Assembly (NCBI GenBank): GCA_033763315.1
Contig: JANRKS010000034.1
Span: 32,001 to 96,000, forward strand
DNA from: Deltaproteobacteria bacterium
GTDB taxonomy: Bacteria > Myxococcota_A > Polyangia > Fen-1088
Reading direction: 5' to 3'
DNA length: 64,000 bases
Shown in pieces: positions 22,144-31,007 of the stretch (position 1 is the stretch's first letter; the number at the start of each line of letters is the position of its first letter). The translations under genes were made by a program, and so were the position numbers. The notes under the pieces are model-generated. The model saw only the letters and a program-made list of their open reading frames with translations, was not told where the DNA came from and made no database searches.

Positions 22144-23046
22144 CTAGGGCGTTGTGCCGGTGGCGACGGCTTTGCCCATCACGTGGTAGCCCTTGTCGAC
22201 GTACACGGTTGTGCCCGTGATGCCCGCGCCCAAGGGGCTGGCCAAAAAGGCAGCCGTGCTTCCCACTTCCTTGGCGCTCACACACTCAGGCAAGGGCGAA
22301 TTGGCGGTGCAGTATTGAATCATGTCGTGAATGAAGCCAATGGCCGAGGCCGCCCGCGACGCCCAAGGGCCGGCTGAAAGCACGTTCACGCGCACGCCAT
22401 ATTTGCGTCCCGCTTCGTAAGCCAACACGCGCGTGTCGCTCTCCAACGCCGCTTTGGCCGACGACATACCGCCGCCGTACCCGGGAATCACGCGTTCAGA
22501 AGCCATGTAGGTGAGCGCCAAAAAGGATCCACCTGGTCGCATAAGCGGGCTTAACCGCTGCACCATGGAGGCGTACGAATAAGCACTGACGCCCACCGCC
22601 GCTAGGTAGCCTTTGCGCGAGGTCTCAAGCAGGGGCTTTTTGACTTCAGGACCGTTCGCCAGGCTGTGCACCACGATGTCCAAGCAGCCGTCGCCGAAAT
22701 CGGCCTTGAGGCGGTCAGCCAGCCCCGCGATGCTGCAATCGCCGAGATCGCGGTAGCGCTTTGATTCTCGCACCTCGGCCGGCACGTCTTCGGCCACGTC
22801 GAAATCCGCATCCAACGGGTAGATGCGCTCGAACGCCAGCTTGCCGCCGTCGGACATCACTAAAGATTCGTCCAATTTGCCGCGCTCAAGCATGGTCTTG
22901 AAGATGCCCAGAGCCGGCGGCCACGTGCCCAAGCACACCGACGCGCCGGCCTCGGCCAACGATTTGGCGATGGCGAAACCAAAGCCTCCATCGTCAGCAA
23001 CACCGGCCACGAACGCACGCTTACCTTTGAGATTGATGCCCAACAT
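22144..23046 (-). CDS. fabI: Enoyl-ACP reductase (long-form FabI)
   Basis: AFVAGVADDGGFGFAIAK, VHSLANGPEV and YGGGMSSAKAALESDTRVLA motifs. Confidence 0.92.
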   Translation of the reverse strand: MLGINLKGKRAFVAGVADDGGFGFAIAKSLAEAGASVCLGTWPPALGIFKTMLERGKLDESLVMSDGGKLAFERIYPLDADFDVAEDVPAEVRESKRYRDLGDCSIAGLADRLKADFGDGCLDIVVHSLANGPEVKKPLLETSRKGYLAAVGVSAYSYASMVQRLSPLMRPGGSFLALTYMASERVIPGYGGGMSSAKAALESDTRVLAYEAGRKYGVRVNVLSAGPWASRAASAIGFIHDMIQYCTANSPLPECVSAKEVGSTAAFLASPLGAGITGTTVYVDKGYHVMGKAVATGTTP

Positions 23047-23136
23047 GGGGCCGATGCTTCCCCCAGCGGGGGCGCGTGGTCAAGGGGGCAAATGCGAATG
23101 TCGCCAGGCGGGCGGCTTCCGCGTATAGATGCCAGC

Positions 23137-23898
23137 GTGCCAGATTCGCAATCACCTAAAGGCCTGCCGCCAGGGCAAGGGGAACGTGTGGCCAAGGTTT
23201 TGGCCCGTGCGGGCGTGGCCTCGCGGCGTGAAGTTGAACGCATGATCGAGCAGGGCCGCATCTGCAAAGACGGCGTGGTTTTGACCTCGCCAGCGTTTTT
23301 GGTGGCGGGGGTGGCTGGGCTGGCGGTGGATGGCCGGCCCATTGAGGCTGTGGAGACGACGCGCATGTGGCGCTTTCACAAGCCATTCGGCGTCGTAACC
23401 ACGCACTACGATCCGCAGGGGCGTCCCACCGTTTTTGATCAATTGCCTGGTGAGCTGCCGCGCGTGATCTCTGTGGGGCGGCTTGATCAAAACACGGAAG
23501 GGTTGCTGTTGCTCACCAACGATGGTGAGCTGGCGCGGTGGTTGGAATTGCCGTCGTCGGGGTGGCAGCGGCAATATCGTGTGCGCGTCTCGGGCTTTGT
23601 GGATCCGTTTGCGCTCGTCGCGATCGAACAAGGTGTGACGATCGATGGTGTGCAATACGGCCCCGTGCACGCCAACATAGAACCTACGCCCACCCGCGAT
23701 GGTGTGTGGTTGTCGATCGTGATTACGGAAGGCAAGAACCGTGAAGTGCGCAAGATTTTGCGTCACCTGGGGCTTTCGATCCTTCAGCTGATGCGCGTGG
23801 CGTTCGGGCCATTCACTTTGGGCGCGCTGCCTGTGGGGCAAGTTGAAGAGGTGCCACACACCGAGGTCGCCGCGTTTGTGGCGCAGCGGCCTCGCTGA
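23137..23898 (+). CDS. rRNA pseudouridine synthase (RluB/RsuA family)
   Basis: S4 domain (KVLARAGVASRRE), VGRLDQNTEGLLLLTNDGEL, EGKNREVR. Start uncertain. Confidence 0.92.
   Translation: MPDSQSPKGLPPGQGERVAKVLARAGVASRREVERMIEQGRICKDGVVLTSPAFLVAGVAGLAVDGRPIEAVETTRMWRFHKPFGVVTTHYDPQGRPTVFDQLPGELPRVISVGRLDQNTEGLLLLTNDGELARWLELPSSGWQRQYRVRVSGFVDPFALVAIEQGVTIDGVQYGPVHANIEPTPTRDGVWLSIVITEGKNREVRKILRHLGLSILQLMRVAFGPFTLGALPVGQVEEVPHTEVAAFVAQRPR
23862..23894 (+). repeat. 33-bp direct repeat, copy 1 (in the 3' end of the pseudouridine synthase gene)
   Basis: CGAGGTCGCCGCGTTTGTGGCGCAGCGGCCTCG, identical to 27083-27115. Confidence 0.9.
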
Positions 23899-24026
23899 TT
23901 CTCGGTGGGCTTAATTGGCAGAGCCAGGCGCGAACGCGGTGCGCAAAGGGGGGGCCGTGACTTATTCTGCAACCAACCGGGCACCTGCAGTGATCGAATT
24001 GCCAGTGTCGCGATACTTGAATCAAC

Positions 24027-25688
24027 ATGGCACCCGCGACGTTGTCTGTTGTTCGCCCTCTTTACACCTTCATAGCGGTTTGGTCCTTAACCGGAGGGTG
24101 TTCGGGCGCGGTTCGTTCTACTGATAGCGGCGATGACGGTGCGGGCGGTGGGGCAGGCACGTCGGAACAAACGGGGGGCGCTGGTTCTAACGGTAGCGCC
24201 GCGGGCCCCGCGCGTGCGGCGCCAACCATGCTCCGACGACTCACGAACACTGAGTATCGCAACACATTGGTGGCTCTGTTGTCCTTGCCGCAGTCCCCAA
24301 AGGATTCACTTAGCGCCGATCCGTTGAGCAAGGCCGGCTTTGATAACTTCTCGTCACAGCTAACGGTGTCCACAACAACGGCAGCGCAATACGCGGCCTT
24401 AAGCGAGTCGCTGGTTTCGGCATGGAAGGCCCCCGCCTGCGCCGGCGCCGAAACAGATTGCGCAAAAACGTTCGTTGCAAGCTTTGGCAAGAAGGCTTTT
24501 CGTCGTCCCCTGAGTGACACGGAGCTGCAGCGTTACGTGGCTCTTTACACCGACGAGCGCACAAGAGGAACCCACGCAGGGGCGCTTGGGCAGGTGGTGG
24601 AAACGATGTTGCAATCCCCGAAGTTCCTCTACAGATCGGAGCTTGGGAATCCTGCCGATGGCGCCAATCGCAAGCTCACGCCATACGAAGTTGCCACGGC
24701 GCTTTCTTACCTATTTACGGGTTCAATGCCCGACGACGAGCTGTTTGCGGCCGCCGACGCGGATGCGCTGCGCACGCCTGCGCAGATAGAAAAGCAAGCG
24801 CGGCGCCTGCTTGGCTTGCCATCCGCAAAGAGCACGCTTCGCGGCTTCATTGAGGCTTATGCCGGCATCACACGATTGTCGGAAATCACCAAGAACGCCG
24901 AAACATACCCGCAGTTCACGGCTGCCCTTCACAGCGCGATGAAGGAGGAGACGAGCCGCTTTATTGATTCGGTGCTTTGGGAAGGTGACGGAACCTTCAA
25001 GTCTTTGTTGACCAACACAACCACCTTCGTCAATGCAGACTTGGCAAAGTTTTATGGTCTGCCTGGCGCCGCTGATCCCACCACCTTCGTGAAAGCGACG
25101 CCACTACACCGCGCTGGCCTTTTGACCCGCCCAGCGGTGCTTGCGGCCCATTCAAAGGCCAACGAATCGTTCCCCATCTTGCGTGGCAAGTTCGTGCGAG
25201 TGGCTTTGCTCTGCCAAAATCTTCCCGCGCCGCCCAAGGTTGTGCCCAAAGCGCCCGAGCCCGCCGCCAACGCCACCACGCGTGAGCGCTTTGCTCAACA
25301 CGCAAGTGACCCCGCCTGCTCTGGGTGCCATCGTTTGATCGACCCGCTTGGTTTTGGATTCGAGAACTACGATGGCATTGGCCAATACCGCGAAACAGAA
25401 AGTGGCAAACCGATCGATGCCGCGGGCGTCATCACAGACACGATCGACCTGGATGGGCCTTTCATGGGCGCGGTGGAGCTGTCGCAAAAGTTGGCGTCAA
25501 GCGCGGAAGCCCAGCAGTGCTTTGCTCTGCAGGCCTTTCGATGGATGTTCGGTCGGTACGACGCTGACGATGAAGCCAAGATCGCTGAAGCGGCGCAAAC
25601 CGCATTGTCCCGTGAGGGCTTAAATATCAAAGACCTGTTTGTGTCTTTAGCGAAGACCGATGCCTTTGCTTCCAGGACGTTCGAGTAA
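24027..25688 (+). CDS. DUF1587/1595/1592/1588/1585 (PSD) domain lipoprotein with heme-c motif
   Basis: LRRLTNTEYRNT, LQSPKFLYRSE, PILRGKFV, CSGCH, DPLGFGFENYDGIG. Confidence 0.88.
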   Translation: MAPATLSVVRPLYTFIAVWSLTGGCSGAVRSTDSGDDGAGGGAGTSEQTGGAGSNGSAAGPARAAPTMLRRLTNTEYRNTLVALLSLPQSPKDSLSADPLSKAGFDNFSSQLTVSTTTAAQYAALSESLVSAWKAPACAGAETDCAKTFVASFGKKAFRRPLSDTELQRYVALYTDERTRGTHAGALGQVVETMLQSPKFLYRSELGNPADGANRKLTPYEVATALSYLFTGSMPDDELFAAADADALRTPAQIEKQARRLLGLPSAKSTLRGFIEAYAGITRLSEITKNAETYPQFTAALHSAMKEETSRFIDSVLWEGDGTFKSLLTNTTTFVNADLAKFYGLPGAADPTTFVKATPLHRAGLLTRPAVLAAHSKANESFPILRGKFVRVALLCQNLPAPPKVVPKAPEPAANATTRERFAQHASDPACSGCHRLIDPLGFGFENYDGIGQYRETESGKPIDAAGVITDTIDLDGPFMGAVELSQKLASSAEAQQCFALQAFRWMFGRYDADDEAKIAEAAQTALSREGLNIKDLFVSLAKTDAFASRTFE

Positions 25689-25707
25689 GCCGCGAAGGAG
25701 ACCAATC

Positions 25708-27063
25708 ATGTCACATGCATTAATTCGACGTCGCAGTCTGATGAAGCGCCTCGGTGCTGCCGGCTTCCTTGCAGCGCCTGTGTTTCGCGAAGCGTTTGCC
25801 GAGGCCGCCGCAACGCCACCCTTGAGGCTCATTCTTCTGAACTTGCCAGGTGGGATCCCGTTCAAGGGAGGATCAGAGGAGCAGCTCGACACGTTTTTCG
25901 ATACGATGCTGAAGCCCTTTGCGGCGTTGCAGTCCGACGCTTTCGTTTTCGACAACATTCAAAATGGCGCTGGAGATTTGGTCTCAACCTATTTTGAGCT
26001 CGAAGGTCACGGTGGAGGCTGCCGATCGATCTTTGGCGCGGCCGTCATGGATCAAGGGTGCAAGGGCACCGCGAGCTGTGGTGCGGAGGAGAATGCGTAT
26101 CGGTATGGCACGGCGACCACGATCGACCAGCACTTGGCGAAAGCCATTGGCTCCCGCACACAGTTTCCTGCACTGCACTTTGGAACTTTGTGGGACAAGG
26201 GCCAAGGCGGTGATCACGCCGAATGCTTCTTCAACAATGGCCAACCGGTGCGCCCGATGGCCGATCCGATGGCCGCCTTCACCCGTTTGTTTGGCAACAA
26301 GGCGCCAAGCGCCAACACAGGTTCCACGGGCCCTGATGCTCTCACAGTGAATAAGCGTGCGCGCGGCAAAAGCCGCCTGGATGCGCTCTATGCTGAAATC
26401 GCCGAGGTGAAAGCGATCGCCGGTCGAACGGAGCGGGCGAAGCTCGATCAGCATCTTACGGCGCTGCGTGAGTTGGAAACACAGCTTCCCGCGGCTCAAG
26501 ATGGTGCCCCCGTGCCGCAAAAGGGGACCTCGTGCAGCACTCCTTCGGTCACAGCCGCGGCTGACATTCGCATTGTGAGTGCCGCATTCAACGGGCTCGC
26601 TTACCAAGCGCTGAACTGCGACCTTACGCGTATCGTGGCTTTGCAATGGTTGTCATCTGGCGACCATCTGCCGCGGTTTGAATGGTTGGGTTGCAAAACC
26701 GATCACCATACGATGGAGCACAGTTCAAACGGCGCCGAATACATCAAAGCGCAAACGTGGATCCTTGAGCAGATGGCGGCGTTTGTGGGCATGCTGAAGG
26801 CCACGCCCGAGGGCAACGGCAACATGCTCGACAATTCTATCGTCTATCTGGCGTCGGAGATGGGCAACGGCACGCACCTACTCAGCCCTGCGCTTTCCGT
26901 AATGTTTGGCAAGGCAGGGGGCGCCTTTCGCCCCGGGCGCCGCATCGATATGGGCGGGCGCCACATCAATGATGTGTTGCTCACGATCACGAAAACGATG
27001 GGCCTCAACGCATCCTCGATCGGTGATGCCAAATTCAATAAGGGCGTGGTGTCGTTGGCCTGA
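25708..27063 (+). CDS. Tat-exported DUF1552-family protein
   Basis: RRRSLMK Tat signal, TIDQHLA, KLDQHLTALRELE, CDLTRIV, HHTMEH, MLDNSIV; SD GAAGGAG. Confidence 0.88.
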   Translation: MSHALIRRRSLMKRLGAAGFLAAPVFREAFAEAAATPPLRLILLNLPGGIPFKGGSEEQLDTFFDTMLKPFAALQSDAFVFDNIQNGAGDLVSTYFELEGHGGGCRSIFGAAVMDQGCKGTASCGAEENAYRYGTATTIDQHLAKAIGSRTQFPALHFGTLWDKGQGGDHAECFFNNGQPVRPMADPMAAFTRLFGNKAPSANTGSTGPDALTVNKRARGKSRLDALYAEIAEVKAIAGRTERAKLDQHLTALRELETQLPAAQDGAPVPQKGTSCSTPSVTAAADIRIVSAAFNGLAYQALNCDLTRIVALQWLSSGDHLPRFEWLGCKTDHHTMEHSSNGAEYIKAQTWILEQMAAFVGMLKATPEGNGNMLDNSIVYLASEMGNGTHLLSPALSVMFGKAGGAFRPGRRIDMGGRHINDVLLTITKTMGLNASSIGDAKFNKGVVSLA

Positions 27064-27082
27064 GGCACCCACGACCGCAAAA

Positions 27083-27115
27083 CGAGGTCGCCGCGTTTGT
27101 GGCGCAGCGGCCTCG
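27083..27115 (+). repeat. 33-bp direct repeat, copy 2 (intergenic, hairpin-forming)
   Basis: Identical to 23862-23894; imperfect palindrome between convergent genes. Confidence 0.9.
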
Positions 27116-27131
27116 TTGACCGCGACCTCTT

Positions 27132-30065
27132 TTATCGCAATTTGCACATGCCCGACTTGCCGGGGCATTTGTAAATGTCTTGGCAATCAGCATCGGAATC
27201 GCAGCGTGTCTTACATGCGTTATTCACACACTTGAGGCCGTTCGCACACGCCACCGTGACTGATCCACAAGTGCCTGAACCAGTGCAGCTCGGCCTGATC
27301 TCGCTGTTTCCATCCGCGCTGCAGCTGGTGTTGCCGCAGAGCGTGCCCGATGCGGCTTGCTTACAAGCCCCGCCGCCATTGCATTTGCCGATAAAGCCGC
27401 AGGCGGTGTTGTCGGCCGTGCAACTGTCAACGTCCTCACTGCCGTCAGGCACGTTCGCGCACGTTCCCGCGGCGTTCTTGCAGCTTTGGCATGTGCCGCA
27501 CGAAGGTTTGTCGCAGCACGTGCCGTCAACGCACGTCAAGCCGGCCATGCATTCCGTTGTTGCGGCACAACCAGAACCTTTTGGCTTGAGGCCACATGAG
27601 AACGTTGAACCCACCGCCACGCAGTTCGAGCCCGCTTTGCAATCAGTGGCTTGCGTGGCAGGCGTGCATGTGGATTTACAAGTGGCGCTCGTGGAGTCAC
27701 AAAGAAAGTCGCCACACGATTGAGATGATCCCATAAGGCAGGTGCCCAGGCCGTTGCAGAACCCAGCGTTGCTGAGCGTGGCGCCGCCCGAGGGACACAT
27801 CGCTACGGTGCACATGGTGCTGGCGCTCCATTGGCTGCAACCGCCTTTGCCATCGCATTGGCCATTCGTGCCGCACAAGGTGGCGGCTGTGGAGGCGCAA
27901 TCACCTGCCAAATCGGCGCTGCCGGCGGGGACGCTCGAACAGGTGCCCGCAGATCCTGAAAGGTTGCAAGCCACGCAAGTGCCTTTGCACTCCGTGTCGC
28001 AGCACACGCCATCAACACAGAACGTGCTCGCGCAATCGGCAGCTGCGGTGCAAGAGGCTCCGATGCCTTTGGTTCCACAACGGCCTTCGGTGCACGCGTT
28101 GCCCGCTACGCATTCCGTACTGTTTTGGCAAGAGTCGATGCACGCGGTTCCAGCCGCGTTGCAGGTGTACGGATCGCACGAGCGTTTTGTGCCCGCGATG
28201 CAAATGCCTGTGCCTGAGCAGTAGGACGTCACTTGGTTTTGTCCGGCTGTGCAGTTCGCCTGTTTGCAGATTGTTGTCTCCGCGTAAAGCCGGCAACTAC
28301 CGGAGCCGTTGCACGTTCCGTCGGTGCCACAGCTGGTTCCGCCCATATCTTTGCATGTGCCCATAGGATCGATCGAACCATTCGGCACAGCGGAACACAT
28401 GCCCTCTTTGCCAGGCAGCGCGCAAGAGAAACAGCCTTTGTCACAGGCGGTGCCGCAACACACGCCTTGGGCGCACGCGCCGCTTTGGCATTCGCTGGCG
28501 GTGCTGCACACTTGGCCGTTGCCCTTTTTGCCGCACGATCCCCCGCGGCACACGTTCGGCGCCACGCAGTCGGCGTCGCTGGCGCACAGATCGGCGCAGC
28601 GATTGCCATTGCAGGTAAACGGTGCGCAAGCCAACGGAGGCGAACTCATGCACGCGCCGTTGCCGTTGCAGGTGCTGGGTGGCGATGCGGTGTTGGTGGT
28701 GGAGCTGCATGAGCCTGCTTTGCAAACCGTCCCCGAAGCGTAGAGCTCACAACCTCCCGAGCCATTACACATGCCGTTTCTGCCACAAGCGGCCACGCCA
28801 CCATCGATGCAAGCTTTCGCAGGATCACGTTGCCCAGCGGCGTAACGAGGATCAGGCGTGCGGGCCGGCACCGCCACACAACGACCAGGCGAGGCGGGCA
28901 AAGCGCAGTTACGGCAGAGGCCATCGCACGAGCTCTCGCAACAAACCCCGTCGGTGCAGAAGCCAGAGCCGCACTGATCGGACGCGCTGCAGGCCTGGCC
29001 CAACCCGCGCTTTCCGCAGCTGCCGTTGTTGCAGGTGGCAGGGGCAACGCAATCTTGGTTTCCTGTGCACATTGTTTTGCAAGCGCCAGCCGCGCAGACA
29101 AACGGGGCACAGGTGATGGCAGCGCCCAATTGGCAGCTGCCCTGGGCGTTGCAGGTGGCGGCGGGCATGAAGCTGCCGCCCGCACAAGAGCCCGGCGTGC
29201 ACACGGTGCCCGGCGCATACCGAGCGCAGCCGCCTTGGCCATTGCATTTTCCGGAGAAGCCGCAGGTAGAGACATCTGACTTGGCGCACAGCCCATGCGG
29301 ATCGTCGGCGCCCGCTTTGGCTGGCACGCACTGGCCTGGCTGCGTGGGATCTTTGCAAGTCACGCAAGGGCCATCGCAAACCGTGTTGCAACAAACGCCA
29401 TCAACGCACGTCCCGGAATCACATTCGCTGTTGTTCGCGCACGTGAGACCCACGGGCTTCTTGCCGCATGAGCCGTCCTTGCAGGCGCGCCCGCTCGTGC
29501 ATTCAGCGTCCGTCTTGCATTCAGCGAGACACGTCGATGTGGTTTTGTCGCAAATGAACGGCGCGCAGCTTTGATTGGCGCCCGCTGTACACACACCGCT
29601 TTGGCACTGCTTGGGCGCCACCAATTGCGCACCGTTGCACACCCCAGCCTCGCACGGCGTGTTGTCGGGATATTTGCGGCAACCGCCGCGGCCATCGCAC
29701 GTGCCATCAAGGCCACAGGAAGCGACGTTGCTGCGAGGGCAGGCATTTTCTTTGGCCGGCGGCGCTGCTTCAGGCACGGGCGTGCAAACGCCGACGTGGC
29801 CCGTGACATCGCAGGATTCACAGGGGCCTGTGCACGCGCTTGTGCAGCAGATGCCGGATGCGCAAACGCCGTCGGCGCAATCACCATCAGTGGTGCAGGC
29901 TCCGCCGCGTTGGACCGTACCGCCGCCTCCCACGGGAGGTGCGGCGTCTGGCGTCCCGTTGTTCGTATTTTTGACGGTGCATCCTGAGAGGACCCACACC
30001 ACGCCAAATACTGCGGCCGCTCGTCGAGCGAGGCACGAGACATAAGATCTATCGCCAGCGGTCAT
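27132..30065 (-). CDS. Large Cys-rich repeat lipoprotein
   Basis: Lipobox LSGC, then six ~155-aa modules, each starting G..C.....C.SG.C.DGVCC...C.G.C..C. Confidence 0.85.
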   Translation of the reverse strand: MTAGDRSYVSCLARRAAAVFGVVWVLSGCTVKNTNNGTPDAAPPVGGGGTVQRGGACTTDGDCADGVCASGICCTSACTGPCESCDVTGHVGVCTPVPEAAPPAKENACPRSNVASCGLDGTCDGRGGCRKYPDNTPCEAGVCNGAQLVAPKQCQSGVCTAGANQSCAPFICDKTTSTCLAECKTDAECTSGRACKDGSCGKKPVGLTCANNSECDSGTCVDGVCCNTVCDGPCVTCKDPTQPGQCVPAKAGADDPHGLCAKSDVSTCGFSGKCNGQGGCARYAPGTVCTPGSCAGGSFMPAATCNAQGSCQLGAAITCAPFVCAAGACKTMCTGNQDCVAPATCNNGSCGKRGLGQACSASDQCGSGFCTDGVCCESSCDGLCRNCALPASPGRCVAVPARTPDPRYAAGQRDPAKACIDGGVAACGRNGMCNGSGGCELYASGTVCKAGSCSSTTNTASPPSTCNGNGACMSSPPLACAPFTCNGNRCADLCASDADCVAPNVCRGGSCGKKGNGQVCSTASECQSGACAQGVCCGTACDKGCFSCALPGKEGMCSAVPNGSIDPMGTCKDMGGTSCGTDGTCNGSGSCRLYAETTICKQANCTAGQNQVTSYCSGTGICIAGTKRSCDPYTCNAAGTACIDSCQNSTECVAGNACTEGRCGTKGIGASCTAAADCASTFCVDGVCCDTECKGTCVACNLSGSAGTCSSVPAGSADLAGDCASTAATLCGTNGQCDGKGGCSQWSASTMCTVAMCPSGGATLSNAGFCNGLGTCLMGSSQSCGDFLCDSTSATCKSTCTPATQATDCKAGSNCVAVGSTFSCGLKPKGSGCAATTECMAGLTCVDGTCCDKPSCGTCQSCKNAAGTCANVPDGSEDVDSCTADNTACGFIGKCNGGGACKQAASGTLCGNTSCSADGNSEIRPSCTGSGTCGSVTVACANGLKCVNNACKTRCDSDADCQDIYKCPGKSGMCKLR

Positions 30066-30158
30066 AAGGCCTCCAAGTTTGCAAAGTCCCGCCGGCCGGT
30101 GCCGGTATCGAGCCAAGTAGCAAAGTGTAAGCTATGTCGACGGGGACGGCTACGTCGT

Positions 30159-31007
30159 TTACTTTTGCAGCGGTGTCGAGCGCGCGGCCCGCAACATCTC
30201 ATCCACGGGAGGGGTGGCTTTGATGGCCAGCTTTACAGCATAGGCCGCTTGGTGAACCAGCATGGGCAGGCCGTCCTGGTAACGGGGGGTGCGTCGCCTT
30301 GCCGCGGTCGCCAAGGGGCTCGTGGTGCCGTAGGCCATCTCGACCACAGCGGCTGCCTTGGTCAGAGCGCTTAAACCCTGCAGAAGCGCTGCATCCTCCC
30401 ACGCCGCGGCGGGGATGGCCGAGATCAACACGTCTGTGTTGGGCAAGTGTATCGCCAGTGTTTCGCTGTTGAGCGAGGCCACCTCAACCCGCTTGCGCAG
30501 GTTCTCGGGCAAGCGGTTCCTAAGAGCGCGAGCCGGGGCCACTCGACGCGCCAAAATGACCACGTGCGCGCCCTTTTTTACCAACGCCAAGAGCGCTCCT
30601 GCCGCGGCCCCGCCGGCGCCGACCATCACGAATCGCGTGCCACGTTTCACGGCCACCCCGAGATCACCTAACGCCGCCAGCAAACCTTGGCCGTCGGTGT
30701 TGTCGGCGGTTATCTCCACGGCCCCCGCTTTGCGGCGAAACACCAACGTATTCGCGGCTCCCGTCATGTCGACGGCGGCCGATCGCCGCGTGGCGATGCG
30801 CGCGGCAAGCTTCTTGTGCGGGATCGTCACATTGACGTAGTTGTATCCGTCTTTGACGAGCGCACGGATCGCTTTGCGGAAGTCTTTGCCGCTGACACTC
30901 ACCGCTTCGTACTTGCCCTTGATGCCTAGCGCTGCGTACGCGGCGTTGTGAATCTGAGGCGAGCGGCTGCGGCTGACGTCTTGCCCCAACACGGCGGCAC
31001 GAATCAT
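30159..31007 (-). CDS. aroE: Shikimate dehydrogenase
   Basis: SRSPQIHN, NVTIPHK, GAANTL, DNTDG, GAGGAA, DGLPMLVHQA. Confidence 0.93.
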   Translation of the reverse strand: MIRAAVLGQDVSRSRSPQIHNAAYAALGIKGKYEAVSVSGKDFRKAIRALVKDGYNYVNVTIPHKKLAARIATRRSAAVDMTGAANTLVFRRKAGAVEITADNTDGQGLLAALGDLGVAVKRGTRFVMVGAGGAAAGALLALVKKGAHVVILARRVAPARALRNRLPENLRKRVEVASLNSETLAIHLPNTDVLISAIPAAAWEDAALLQGLSALTKAAAVVEMAYGTTSPLATAARRRTPRYQDGLPMLVHQAAYAVKLAIKATPPVDEMLRAARSTPLQK

